64,000 nucleotides of DNA from Laetmonice hystrix (taxonomy: Eukaryota). The translations under genes and the position numbers were made by a program. Shown here piece after piece: positions 14,049 through 26,580 of the stretch (within the stretch, counting starts at the first letter, position 1; each line of letters begins with the position of its first letter). Where the stretch lies: assembly GCA_965235115.1 (NCBI GenBank), contig OZ249436.1, forward strand, positions 50,842,001 to 50,906,000, written 5' to 3'. Under the pieces are notes generated by a model. It saw nothing but the letters and a program-made list of their open reading frames with translations, had not been told where the DNA came from and ran no database searches.

Positions 14049-14922
14049 GTAGATCTCTCTCAACCACAACTCCTACCTGGAGATAGTATTTTACTGTAGA
14101 TCTCTCTCAACCACAACTCCTACCTAGAGATAGTATTTTACTGTAGATCTCTCTCAACCACAACTCCTACCTGGAGATAGTATTTTACTGTAGATCTCTC
14201 TCAACCACAACTATACCTGGAGATAGTATTTTACTGTAGATCTCTCTCAACCACAACTCCTACCTGGAGATAGTATTTTACTGTAGATCTCTCTCAACCA
14301 CAACTCCTACCTGGATATAGTATTTTACTGTAGATCTCTCTCAACCACAACTATACCTGGAGATAGTATTTACTGTAGATCTCTCTCAACCTGGAGATAG
14401 TATTTACTGTAGATCTCTCTCAACCACAACTCCTACCTAGATATAGTATTTTACTGTAGATCTCTCTCAACCACAACTCCTACCTGGAGATAGTATTTTA
14501 CTGTAGATCTCTCTCAACCACAACTCCTACCTGGAGATATTATTTTACTGTAGATCTCTCTCAACCACAACTCCTACCTGGAGATAGTATTTTACTGTAG
14601 ATCTCTCTCAACCACAACTCCTACCTGGAGATATTATTTTACTGTAGATCTCTCTCAACCACAACTCCTACCTGGAGATAGTATTTTACTGTAGATCTCT
14701 CTCAACCACAACTCCTACCTGGAGATAGTATTTTACTGTAGATCTCTCTCAACCACAACTTCTACCTGGAGATATTATTTTACTGTAGATCTCTCTCAAC
14801 CACAACTCCTACCTGGATATACTATTTTATTGTAGATCTCTCTCAACCACAACTATACTTGGAGATAGTATTTTACTGTAGATCTCTCTCAACCACAACT
14901 CCTACCTGGAGATAGTATTTTA
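14049..14922. repeat. Minisatellite, 47-bp unit, about 18-19 copies
   Basis: Unit gtagatctctctcaaccacaactcctacctggagatagtattttact, head-to-tail. Confidence 0.95.
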
Positions 14923-16265
14923 CCCCCGTAGCCTGCAGGGGGGAGGGAGGCGCAATGACGCGCTATCACGTGGCAGGCCTACTGCCCCCCCCCCCCCCCA
15001 CGTATTTGGGCCAGGCTACGGCCCTGATACGTCATAACGACAAATTATAGATCTGTCCGATAGACAATGTTTTCACCATAGACCCCCTACTGGGCAAGGT
15101 TCAATGTACAACATCAAAATAATATTAAAAGTATTCACGTTCAGAACGTGGGCCAGAATTTACAAGGTGCCTAGGCCTCCAGAGTTGCATGATTTTGATA
15201 AAATTTACTGATTAAATGGAACAATAGTGAAACGGCCCTTTTAAAAGGGCCCTCGTTTAAAAGGGTCCAATTGGCGGACTGCCATTGGACCGACACCAAG
15301 CACCAGGACTGTTACACGTTTAGTTAATCGCGTGGCACTCCGCCATTATAGTCTATGAGTCGCCCTCTCTCGATCAACTGGTAACTAATTGGTCCTGGTA
15401 TCAATGTCCAAGTCTCGCGCTACTTGGATACGGTTCACCAAGTGCAAACGTCTTTATTTGATTAAGAAACAGATCATTTCCTGATTATGGGGGATGTGAC
15501 TTCTCCCTCCTCCATTTTACGACGACTGTCATTGCTTAGAATGATTCCTACCATACTTCCCCGCTCCCCCTGTATAAGATTTCCATCCTTCAACACCTTC
15601 ACCGATTCCAAAATCATAGATCCCACCTGATTCCCATTACTATAAACTGTTGAACTCTTGCATGACATGAACTCCAGTAGCTTTTCTTTGAACAAGTATC
15701 ACAGGCGAACTAGAAGCAATTGGATCTGTTGTTTGTTGCCAGTCAAGAAGAGTCGAACATTTTATTAATAGGCCTATAACGTTTATACATGTATAACGTT
15801 TGGCGAAAATGCGGTCAGGTATAAGATTGGTTTCAAATTATAAACATTGGTCATGATGCAGTGTTATGATCAATACAATGTAGGGACTGCACTTGTAGGG
15901 GGCCATGGAGTCTGCATACCGCTCTAGGCCCCCTGTAATCAAAACCAGACAAACTACACTGACAGGGGATCTCACACTTAGTCGTTCTCATGAGCGGACA
16001 ATAAAAATCGACGAGGATATCATTGACTTCATACTCCTAGTCGTCGACCTCAGGGGCGCCAGGGTAATGAAATCAGGAAATGAAAGAATGTAATCAGTTC
16101 ACTGCTTAACAACTTTGTCCGCCTCCTGGTGAAAACGGCGGGTGTATTAAATCTCCATGTCTAAATTATCATTGACCTCAAAGTTCGAGAGACCTTGATT
16201 GCTAGTCGACTAGACGGGGTTTAAAACCTGTAATATCGACACCCTGCCATATAAAGCAGCTTAGT

Positions 16266-16450
16266 GTCACATGTAAAACTCAAATAAATTGAAGTGAGAC
16301 CAACCAAATGTAATGTGAGAATGCTCAGCTGACTCTGTTGCAATCTAACGCTCTGCCTTCGAACCGCTTGGCCATTTTCGATAACCGTGTACTAACTCCT
16401 TTCTCAGTTTTTTAGCATACATCGACTTTCGTCGCTTAAAAGCCCTCGGC
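16266..16450 (-). repeat. Dispersed repeat, inverted homologue of 2421-2670
   Basis: ataaattgaagtgagaccaaccaaatg...ccttcgaaccgcttggccatttt...aaaagccctcgg is the diverged reverse complement of the copy at 2421-2670. Confidence 0.75.
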
Positions 16451-19400
16451 GGCATATTTACAAAGCAAGCATATATACCTATAGGCCTATATGATGATGA
16501 TCAAATATGGTGGAGCGATACCTGAAGACCTAGGACTATTATGGGATGTTGTTCGACGTCATTTGCAGCGCCCCTTCCACAGAGCGGAGGCAAATTCAAA
16601 CTCCTGCTAATTATCATGTTTTAGCTTCGGTCCGAGTTTTAGTTAACAGAAATCATCATACTACAGTATTGCATTAACAGTGTGTCTTCATATATATGTC
16701 AATAGGTGACTAGGCTATAGGGGACAGTTAGGCCCTAGGCCCCTAAGTGTTTTACTCTCGAAGATACTAGCGATGCCACTTTAACTATAGGCCTACGCTT
16801 ACAACCGAAGGCGGATTCAGGGGGCGCACGCGGGGCCAAACGGCCTTATTTCTGCAAACCGACTTAGAACTGAGCTGTCACTGATAGATTTCGATGTTAT
16901 CATAAGGCGGACCCCCGTCTCCTTCCAGCGCCCCCTATACCCTTCCAAAGTTCCCGGATGCGCCCGTCACAACGTCCCTAACTCACGCCAAAACGTTAAT
17001 TTTTCCCTCGTGCCTGACTGGCAACATGTTCTACCAAAAGGGCCGACACGGACAAGGTCAAGCATGCATTGACTTTTTTGGGAGGTTTCCCATCTTTGCG
17101 GTTACCGTACATATTAATATTATTGTTTTACGAATTTTACAAGTTTTCATGATTTCTTGTTTTCGTATGCAACATAGTTTCATCATGAAGCATTTCTGCA
17201 TTTTGGCATTATCAATCGTTATTCTATATTGTTGGCCCATCAGTCACAAAGCATAGAGGAGTCTAGTAGGCCTACCTTCTCAATTAGAATATAGCAAGAA
17301 CCCGTGCGCCGCACGGGACCGAAGGGGGCTAAAAGTGTAAAAGGGGTCGACCATAAAGTAGGCCTACATACACACAAAATCATGGAAAAATGACCCCCTG
17401 TCCCATTTCCTTGGGTACGATCTTGATGGACGGCCCCTAACTGAGGCTATAAGCGGTATGGTGAGAGCTGCCACTCGATTATCGCGGTCTCGAGAGAAAT
17501 GATACACAACTTTCCCCTCGGAGAGGGTCAGAGTCTCTCGGACTACAGCACAGATCAACGGGCTCACCAAGTGGGCGGCCGGGTGCGGGGGTCGAGTCCG
17601 TGGCACAGGGGTCAGTTGTTGGCTAGCAGACCCGCCCTCTGCATGCTGTTGCCCTCTACCGCCGCACCAGAGATGGTGCGGCCAGACTGCCACCAGAGGG
17701 CGCAGGTCTCCAGCCAAGGTCAGTTGTCGTAGCCGATCAACAACAACAACAATGGCGGACAGTTCGGGCGGTTGTAGTGAAACATGTGCCAAAAATGCCT
17801 CACAGCGCCAAGGAAACAAACTTGGCCGTCATTCGTACAGGGCCCAGGCCTGAGACCCATGTATCGAAAACGTTTAACCCTATACCAATCACTCTGGGAT
17901 TGGTTCCGCCCCGTGTTATCAGAACGAGATAAATGTCGGCTGTAGGTCTATTACAATTAATCAGAGCAGGTATAGAGTGAACGCAAACATATTGAGCCAT
18001 TGTATCACCGGGAATCCCAAATCTGTACAAAACTCCTTATCTCTTGTTCACAATATGCTGACTTCCTGCGCGTTATATTCCATTAGGCCTATACTAGCTG
18101 CAAACCTCGGATTGTACCCTTCGCACTGCGTCATAGCAACCACGTACACCCCAGCCCCGACTGAGTGCCTCGTCAAGTCAGGAGCCTGGGCTGAAATAAT
18201 CCTGACCTCTGCGACAGGTTCGGATACACCGGAGACGACTGGGAGCAACGCTTATCACGTTGTTCAACTCAAACTTTGGCCCCACTATCAGCTTCCGTAC
18301 TTAGCGGGAACCTAGCGACCGACGTGATGACGAGATGGCCTCTCTCCGGACCCCGGCCTTCTCTCAGATACTAAGCCATGCAGGTCCATCCCGTTGTTTC
18401 TGCCACAACAACCGTATCTTGTCTTTTATTTTAGCATCAGATTATATTTCGTTAATGCCTTGGAGCAATTCATGATTGCTAAAAATATAAAATTCAAATC
18501 AGCTCCTGGCAGAAAGGACAAATATCTGACCCATGCGTCATTGAGTGTCATGAGGCATAAATCGCGTCACAGGTGACGACCACTCGGCACACCTCAACTG
18601 ACTGACGTCATGTCTCGGCTGTACGACAAAAAAAGAACTATGTGCCTGTGCGTAGGGGGCAATTCGACTATTTACTGCTCATCGCTACATCCGCGATGCC
18701 GCTTTACACGACTTTGCGCAAATCCTGGGGAAACAGCCGCTTCATACATCCGAGGCTTGCTTCGCCTCCGGATATGACCTAGAAACAGCCAATCAGAAGC
18801 AGCGTCAGTGTTTGGAGTGAGGTGACGACCATTCTCCCGTCTGGAGGCCTGCATTCCAAAACTGTCATGCTACGGTCGAGCAAATAATAAAAAAAACCTT
18901 AGGTCTATGTGCCCTAAAAATGTACCTAAATATAGCACAGAGGTGTGTAGGCCTACATGTAGAGTCTACCTACATGAGACCATGACGAACCTCGATATGA
19001 CACCACTCACCGCAGTTATGACAATCCATGAATTGGATTCGCTCGAGTGAAAGTCATTGCCATTGCATTAAAGCCGTGCGGTGAACTCAAAAGGAAATAG
19101 AGCACGTCATACCACCACAAAGTCCGGCATACAAATTTTATTTGTCGAGTTGTCTTGAAGAAATACGCCTATAACATGGGAACAATTTCACACAGGCTGT
19201 GACGTGCCATTTTCAAAGTATATAGAGCTGATTACAATAATACTAAATATCCATAAAGAAATAATCTTCGGATAAGACACTTTAAATTCTATTGTATGGT
19301 CTCAATGTATCTTCAATAATCCTAACCCTAATCCTAACCTTAACCATAACCTATGCAATAGTCCCCGTCTCCGCACAGGGCCTATGGTCAACACCTTTGC

Positions 19401-20754
19401 GCATAGGCTTACTTGAATATTAGGATAGGGCTGGCGAAAGCCAAATCCCCTCGTCAAAATTTATGTCAGATTAAATAACAATGTGACAACACTTGCCCCT
19501 TTTATTACGTCAGGTTCGGTTCATGGCCCGATGAATTTCATTGGTTGTCCCAGATCTGTGACTGCTATACGGTTTTGCTGCTTGTAGGTGCACCATTTGA
19601 TACGAGTTGGGGTATTGTTTTTCTTCATTAGCAAACTATATTTTTTTGGTCCCAGGCCAAAGCTATCTTTTTTCTCGCTATGACCATTAATCAAACTATC
19701 CCCCCTATTTCCCCCTTAAATAGGTTGTTTACGAAACAAACTATATTTTTTTATGTAATTTGATGACCAAACTATTTTTTCCCTGTGTTTGGTGAACAGA
19801 TTATCTTTTCTATAAATAAACAATAAATTAAACAATGACGTCCAAAATAACGTTAATGTCGATGCCGGTGGTAGAAGTGACCTTCACACTCGCGGAAATG
19901 ATAGAAAGCGTTGCTTTCCAAACTATGCTGTAACCTCAGTATAGCTACACGTATAAAAATTTGCGGAATTCTACATATTTAAACTTCAACTTATTCTAGG
20001 CCTACACGTCATAGTAAAACATCGCGGAACTTTTTTTGTTGTCGTCACGTCCTGAAACCAATGCTATACCACATGTTTGTCTGGCAGAAAGCAAATAAAA
20101 AACGTGTTTCACGAACCGCAATTTATAATCTTCTATAATGACTAGAAACACGTAGGAAATAAAAGGATGGGGGTTCCCAACACCCGGGCGTCTGTCCTCC
20201 AGTCTGTGACATGATATATGGACTCGCGTCACAATGCAAAACATGAAGATTAAACAGGAGAATGTGCAGAAAGTAGTGGAAAATACTTCTCCTTCCTAAA
20301 CAGCTATAAGCTATCCATCTTATATGCTCTAAATTAAGTACAAATAAATTAAATTTAGTGGACATGCATGAGATAAATCATAACGCTATATACATAACTA
20401 ATATTTTATACTATACTATATGACCGATTTATTCCACATCTCTTTGAGGAGTTTTTTTAAGAGTAGAGCCCTTAGTAGGCCTACATGTATTACGTCGTTC
20501 GACCCCCAGTTATTTCCTCATTTATTATGTTTATAGCATATAACCTCTCTAAGAGGTCGGAGAATAAATCGGTCATATTATTTTCCAATCTCTTTTATTG
20601 GAGAGTTGAGCCCTATATTACGCTGTTTGAATCCCAGCTATTTCCTCATGAAAGGGTCATACCCCCATCCCGTGGAGGTCAATTCTTTCGCGTCTGATAG
20701 GAGCAAAGTTTTTCCGGGGGGGGGGGGGGGCAAAGAGCAACAGAAATTACTTAC

Positions 20755-21026
20755 TCTGTTGATTTGGGGTACTTCTTAAACGTTTTGCTGGCAAAGTCTT
20801 GCAGGCTGTGCTGTGAGGCGGGTTCAGCTGAGATGCCCTGGGCTCTCCTCTTCTTTTTCGGCTTGCCCAGAACTGTGGGACTCTGGGGCATGATTGATTG
20901 GTACTTATCCAGCTGGCTTGATAACTTCTCGATCCGCTCATCCTTTTCTAACAATTCCTTTTCTAGAGCCTTGATTCGTTCATCCTTCTGCCGCAGCAGA
21001 CGATGCAGTTCCTGTAAACTCCCCAT
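20755..21026 (-). CDS. PRKG1: cGMP-dependent protein kinase (PKG I / foraging-like), first coding exon: N-terminal leucine zipper and autoinhibitory pseudosubstrate; remaining exons lie beyond the window start
   Basis: Translates MGSLQELHRLLRQKDERIKALEKELLEKDERIEKLSSQLDKYQS...KKRRAQGISAEP...FKKYPKS. This matches the PKG I N-terminus (leucine zipper ending LDKYxS, pseudosubstrate RAQGISAEP, YPKS). The exon ends in a canonical GA|GTAAGT donor. No downstream PKG exon (ILDNDFMKNL...) was recognised in 1-20754. Confidence 0.9.
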
Positions 21027-22242
21027 AATATCAGAGCTGATGGTCAGTGGCAAACCCGGGTCGTCTTCGCTGGAGGACTTTTCACTGCAAGTCCCGACAG
21101 GCTCGGGACTACCTGACCCGGACCAATTGGACCCAATTGTTGACACCTTATACTAGTAGCCTAGCTACCCCAAGCCGCCTATATTCGCAGCCCTGGTGAT
21201 TACGGTTTGAACCCTTCGCGAAGGCGTCCACAGAGGCTGATGCACTTTGGGAAGATGACAGCAGCGAAGTATGAGTATATGCGACAAATCAGAATTCCCT
21301 GCATAACACCGGCCAAGAGGCAGGGCAAGAAGAACTGTCCGCGGCAAGTAGCCTGCCGCTCGCTGCTCCAGCGTTCGGCCAGCTACAACTATACCACTTC
21401 AACAATCTTCTCCACCGTCGTTTAACTCCAGCGTCGGCGCCGAAGTTTCCAACTCTGCTCTAAGTTTATAAGATTGTGTCGGCTGACTTGTAAGCGCTGG
21501 GAACCTACCGATCCTTGTTACGCATCGATGCCGTTCTAGTTTGTCTAGTTGTACGTCAGCCAGGGACACAGACCCTACGTAAACACACACACGTATGCAC
21601 ACATTAACAACCTGCCTGCCCGGTGCTAAACTGCACTTGGGACCACAGCTCTATACTTCACCCACGCGGGACCATGATGAGCTCGGTTGTACCGCTATCC
21701 AAGCCGTACCGCCGCGATGGGTGAGCCGCCCAACTCCAGGGCGCTCGGCAGCCGTGACATGTGTCTGAGATATCTGATCTTTACTGTGGCGCATCCACAT
21801 CCAGCTAAGGAGGCCCCCCTGGCCGGGGTGGTTAGCGGGTGGGCAGGGGATGGGTGCTGGCAGCGGCTGGCTCTCTCTCCGCCCCCCTCGTTGCTTACCT
21901 CAAACCACACATCCCTTTCTCATTCTCAATCGACACACTCTCCTATATTTCATTCATTGCGCCCTGAATTGTAGTTTCGTGAGATTTGCCCAGCGAGCTC
22001 GTCCTGCATGCAGGGTCTGTGCTTAGCCTTACGACGGGGTCACTTGGGGCAGGTAGAGGTGATACAAAATCAACTGACCCGCAACCGATGAGTTTTAGGC
22101 CCAACGTGACCTCCCAAGTCTACCATAATTTGACTTGGCTGCTGCCAGTGTAGGTTAGGCCCACAGGAGAGGTTAGAACAGGTAACCATGCAGAACAGGG
22201 GAGATCGAGCAAACCCTCCGAAAATCTATAATACAGGCCCTG

Positions 22243-22396
22243 GGGCTGGTTTTACTAAAGGTCCTTATTTAAGGACGTCGCTAATTTAACATAGAAGTGA
22301 ATGGTTGCTAGGTCTTTATTTTCGACCTAGCAACCCATTCACTTCTATGTTAAATTAGCGACGTCCTTAAATAAGGACCTTTAGTAAAACCGGCCC
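22243..22396. mobile_element. Hairpin MITE (Harbinger-like), first of a tandem pair
   Basis: Near-perfect inverted arms gggctggttttactaaag...ctttagtaaaaccggccc, flanked by CTG on both sides. Confidence 0.85.
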
Positions 22397-22399
22397 CTG

Positions 22400-22551
22400 G
22401 GCTGGTTTTACTAAAGGTCGAAAATAACGACGTCGAAAATTTAACATAGAAGTGAATGGTTGCTAGGTCGTTATTTTTGACCTAGCAACCCATTCACTTC
22501 TATGTTAAATTTTCGACGTCGTTATTTTCGACTCTTTAGTAAAACCGGCCC
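22400..22551. mobile_element. Hairpin MITE (Harbinger-like), second of the tandem pair, a different variant
   Basis: Starts immediately after the CTG that flanks the first copy. Same scaffold with a different variable block. Confidence 0.85.
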
Positions 22552-23888
22552 AAGGGTAGCTGGCGGTAAGCGGTAGGAGTCGGGATCGAGATAGGTGGGC
22601 AACTTGGAAAAGTTGTCTACACGCCGAGACATAATCTTTACACAACATTTTATTCGGCAAAATAAGACTTAAGACAGATTCAGGTACGCAAGCCTCCTGA
22701 AACATTACAAACGACAGTGCAGGCCACTGCGGTTTTTTTACGATATACATTAAAACACCCACTTTATGCCTGGCCCCTCTATCACATTTTGTGCTCTGTG
22801 TGTATTAAAACGTCTCTAGCTCGTGGAGTGCGTGACTAGTGACACTTTCCCTTATTCATCTAATTTACAGTATCATAAATCTGGGTCTATCCATCGACTC
22901 CGATTTCAATTCTAGCACACAAAAGCTAACAACTATTCGGATTCCTAAGAAGTCTTTTCGCAGTTTAACATTTCGGGACTTAAAAATACAAGTACGTCAT
23001 CACGAAAACTTTATATAATATTTTATATAAGATTGGAAACACCCTTATCTGTCTCATATTTCTCCAAGAATAAGTTCCCAGCCACCGGAGTTTACCAACT
23101 ACAGATTTCATTGTTTTGTTTCTTATATGTTCAAGACGTAGTGATCGACAAGTCTTCAGGGATACGGTGTATTACCGGGTAACTAGTGTCGATACAGACG
23201 CCTATTACTAGTATTAGACACACTCCATTAGCAGGCTGTCAGGAATATTTAATAAGACACATCTTTTATCAACGTCGGCAGCACCATATTCACTTTAATT
23301 GCATAGGATGTTCACATGAGGCACTGTGGCAAGTCTACTAAAAATTAGATTAATTAGGATTAATACCTGTATTCTTAAAGTGAACCTTGGACCATAAGGG
23401 AATAAGTAGAGATTTCAGAAACGAGCTACGTCAGGAGGGTTCTGTCATACATGTGCTGTTTTTTCTCCTGTTGTCAACACTTTGGTGTAACTCATGGGAA
23501 AACTCCGTAAAGTGCATAGTGCTCCAATGACCCTGACTGGTAATAGTGGATGACCACATGAAACCCTGCGTACATTACAATGTAAAGTCTTGGTATACAT
23601 GGGCTGGGGAATATGCACTCAAAGGATGATTGGTCCCGTGACTGCTTATTTCTCATATCCCCACTCCTTTAACAGAAACACAAAGAAAATCACAACAAAA
23701 ACGTGCGTTTACAAAACAAAATACAACATACATGATGTACTATACATAAACAGACATTACGTAGGCCTATACGTATTTTTTTATATAACACATTTCAGTT
23801 AAAAGTTGAGCTTCTCATGAAGTACCAGTACTTTTCAACTGTGGATCATAACTTAAATTTTTCTGACGGTTTTACGTTCAATAATTTA

Positions 23889-24974
23889 TTATGCCTGCTC
23901 CTGTTGTTCGGAGGCTGGCGCCTCAGCAGCTGGAGCTTCGCTTTCTGCTTCTTTGGGCGTTTCAGCATCTGCACTGGCCTCTGCAGCAGGTGGTCCCTCC
24001 TCCTGGGTTTGGCCGTCAGTTGTTGCTTCGCCCTCGGCCGCTTTCTGTTCCTCGCCAGGGGGCGCCTCGGTCGCTGTATCTTGGGGTTCCTCGACTTCAG
24101 CCAGCCGCGGCAGGGCGGCCTCCTTCTCAGCCGCTGCTGCCGCCGCCTCTTCACGCTACGGGACAGGAGAACAGTCATTATGTGCCAGCTGCACAGTTTA
24201 GTCGTTTTCCGACAGCTTTAGCACCGTTTACAAGGTACCGACACCTTTTATCAACTCCCAGAACTAAAAAAAAAACTTGGCTCGCAATCAGAACCCCATG
24301 ACACTATTGACAGTCAATAGGGTTTGAAACTGACTGGTTCTATTACCAGGAAAAGGGAGATCTGCGAAAAGAAATTAAAAGTTTGGGCTTACTTGACGTT
24401 TCTCTGCCTCCTCCTTTTTGAACACTTCTTCCTCTTCCTTCATCCTTTCTTCTCGTTCTTGTTGCAGCACAAACTCTTCCTGTTCTTTCTTCAATTGGGC
24501 TGCTTCTGCTGCCCCCTGGAGGATCAAACAGAAACTAACTCTGGTCCGAGACGGCCCCGGGGGGGGGGGGGGGGGAGAACAACTGCAGATCTATTGAAGT
24601 ACCGGTACACATTAAGTTACAAACACAATCTTTGTTACATTTGTGAGTCATTGACAGCTATAACTTACTGTATTTTTAAGTGAATTGGGCCTTTATTCTT
24701 GCACTGCTGCAGGATACAGATAATTGTTATCTGCTTGCTTGCTTCTTCGCTTCCTTATATTATAAAGGCATGGGCTACTAAGGTTTTTGTAGCAGGCCCC
24801 GCCCGATAGTACGTTAAAAATTCTCACCTGTTCAGAATGTTTGACATTCTCAATGTATTTGTGGAGCCACTGTGCCATGTATTCAATGGGATCCATAGGT
24901 CGTTTCTCACTCACTTCCACAAGGCAATCAACCAAGCACTTTCCAAGGTGCTTCTTAAGGTATTCTGTGTCCAT
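23889..24974 (-). CDS. DYDC1: DPY30 domain-containing protein (DYDC1/2-like, radial-spoke/ciliary), 3 coding exons: 24974-24828, 24515-24393, 24155-23889
   Basis: Exon 1 MDTEYLKKHLGKCLVDCLVEVSEKRPMDPIEYMAQWLHKY is a Dpy-30 dimerisation motif of the DYDC type. Exon 2 is a Glu-rich coiled coil and exon 3 an Ala/Glu-rich tail. Both introns are phase-0 GT-AG; the TAA stop overlaps an AATAAA. Confidence 0.85.
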
Positions 24975-26184
24975 TTTTTTTCTGTAAATAATTTATTAAG
25001 ACATATTCACATATAATTTGTGAAATAAATGATGCTATTGATAGCACCCCTTATCTTGTTAGCCTACCTTAAGTTAACTAGCTCTGGCCAGTCTGAGATA
25101 AGGATGTGGGAGAGCATCATATACTGTATGTGACTTTCGATTTTGCGGGATTTGGGGACCCTAAACAGACCTTGAAAAATCTGGAACCCGGACGCCTAGG
25201 AAAACCAAAATTTCTATCGTGCTATCAAACCTCCCCTAAAGTAATGCCAATATCGTGGGTACCTCCCAGGCTACCGACCCTATGTTTGCTTTCCCAGTGG
25301 GCTACCATGCTTTGGCAGGATTTTTCGAGGTCTGCAGGGTTGGCGCCAGGCCATTGAGAAATGGGGTCCCAGGACCCCATGTGTTTAGAAAAATGGGGTC
25401 CCACTTGTTCTTTAGTAACTAACCTTGCAACCCCCTCCCCCCTCCTAAGCTACCGGGACTTCACTGCCCACCCTCCCTTCATTCAAGCACCTCAGACTGT
25501 CCCACTGGCAACAGACAGTCTGGAGCTTGGTTGTGGGGCCTGTTATTTTTTATCCATACCCGGTTGGACGGTCAGAGGATTTTTACCACAAATTTAGAGT
25601 AGATTGAAATACCGGATATTTTGTCCAGTGTTTTGCCGACATTTATCGGACATCGCAATTTTTTTTCGTCATTGTCCGAAGTCAATTCATTTGTTTGTGA
25701 TGTGCCAAAGTTTACTGGTCGGATTTTGGCCAGTTCCGATACACTTCCGGTAGTTGCGAGAAACGCCATCTCGTGAAAAGATGCCGGCGATGAGGGCCCG
25801 TTTCAAGATGTTATCGTGCCATATTATGGGCCTAATAAACCACTACATTATGGTAAATGAGCTTTTCTTTGTCAAACTTTTGATTTTTCATAGTAAGACA
25901 GACGAGTACGAGTACACCTACAAGCGCTGTGGATGTGGGCATCCATCTTTGGATGTTACTTTGCATGTCACTAGATGGCGTGTAGATCTACGGTTCTACA
26001 CGCCATCTAGGCATGACTTATCGCAACTACCTGAATTGCCACACGAGCATTTATGCTGCTAATATTCTGGCACTACGTGTAAACATCATACAACTTTGCC
26101 AGTTTATTGTAGTGGTATTGTCACTTCACCTTAGCAAAAAAGAAGGTTGAGCTCAGTTTGGTTTTGGAGAAACGGTGCTCCAAT

Positions 26185-26580
26185 CATAGGCGCCAGAAGC
26201 GGGGGGGGGCAGGGGGGGCGACCGCCCCCTCAATAATCTGGTTGGGGGGGCATCGCCCCCCCAATAATCTGTGATCATGAATGAAAAAAAGGCAGGTTTT
26301 TCCACATACAGTAGGCCTCTTGAAACCATGACTTGGGTGCGTCAAAGACTGGGTCGATTGTTCTAATGATACATTGATACATTGTAATTTATTCATTTAC
26401 GCCTTCAAAACATAAAAAAATCCTGCCTCAAAATGGCGTAGAAAAGCGTTTTAAGGTGTGTAGTTTTTAAAATTTTCTTGGGGAGGGCCTCCGATCCTGC
26501 TTTACTAAGCATGTTGTAGCCTATGACTTTCGCTTCAGCTCTCTTGCCCCCCCAATAATAATTTGCTTCCGGCGCCCCTG
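26185..26580. mobile_element. hAT-type MITE, copy 2
   Basis: Same TIRs and internal sequence as 11666-12050, with a perfect 8-bp TSD GCTCCAAT. Confidence 0.9.

Noticed and set aside
12626..14922. Regular arrays as possible CRISPR
   Set aside because: Units are contiguous with no unique spacers, there are no cas genes, and the context is eukaryotic.
19318..19352. Telomere-like (CCCTAA)n stretch
   Set aside because: Short and degenerate; such motifs are common within dispersed repeats and give no evidence of a telomere or fusion site.
21027..21146. 40-codon in-frame extension upstream of the PKG ATG
   Set aside because: It starts at GTG, has no convincing acceptor with a pyrimidine tract, and homology begins at MGSL.
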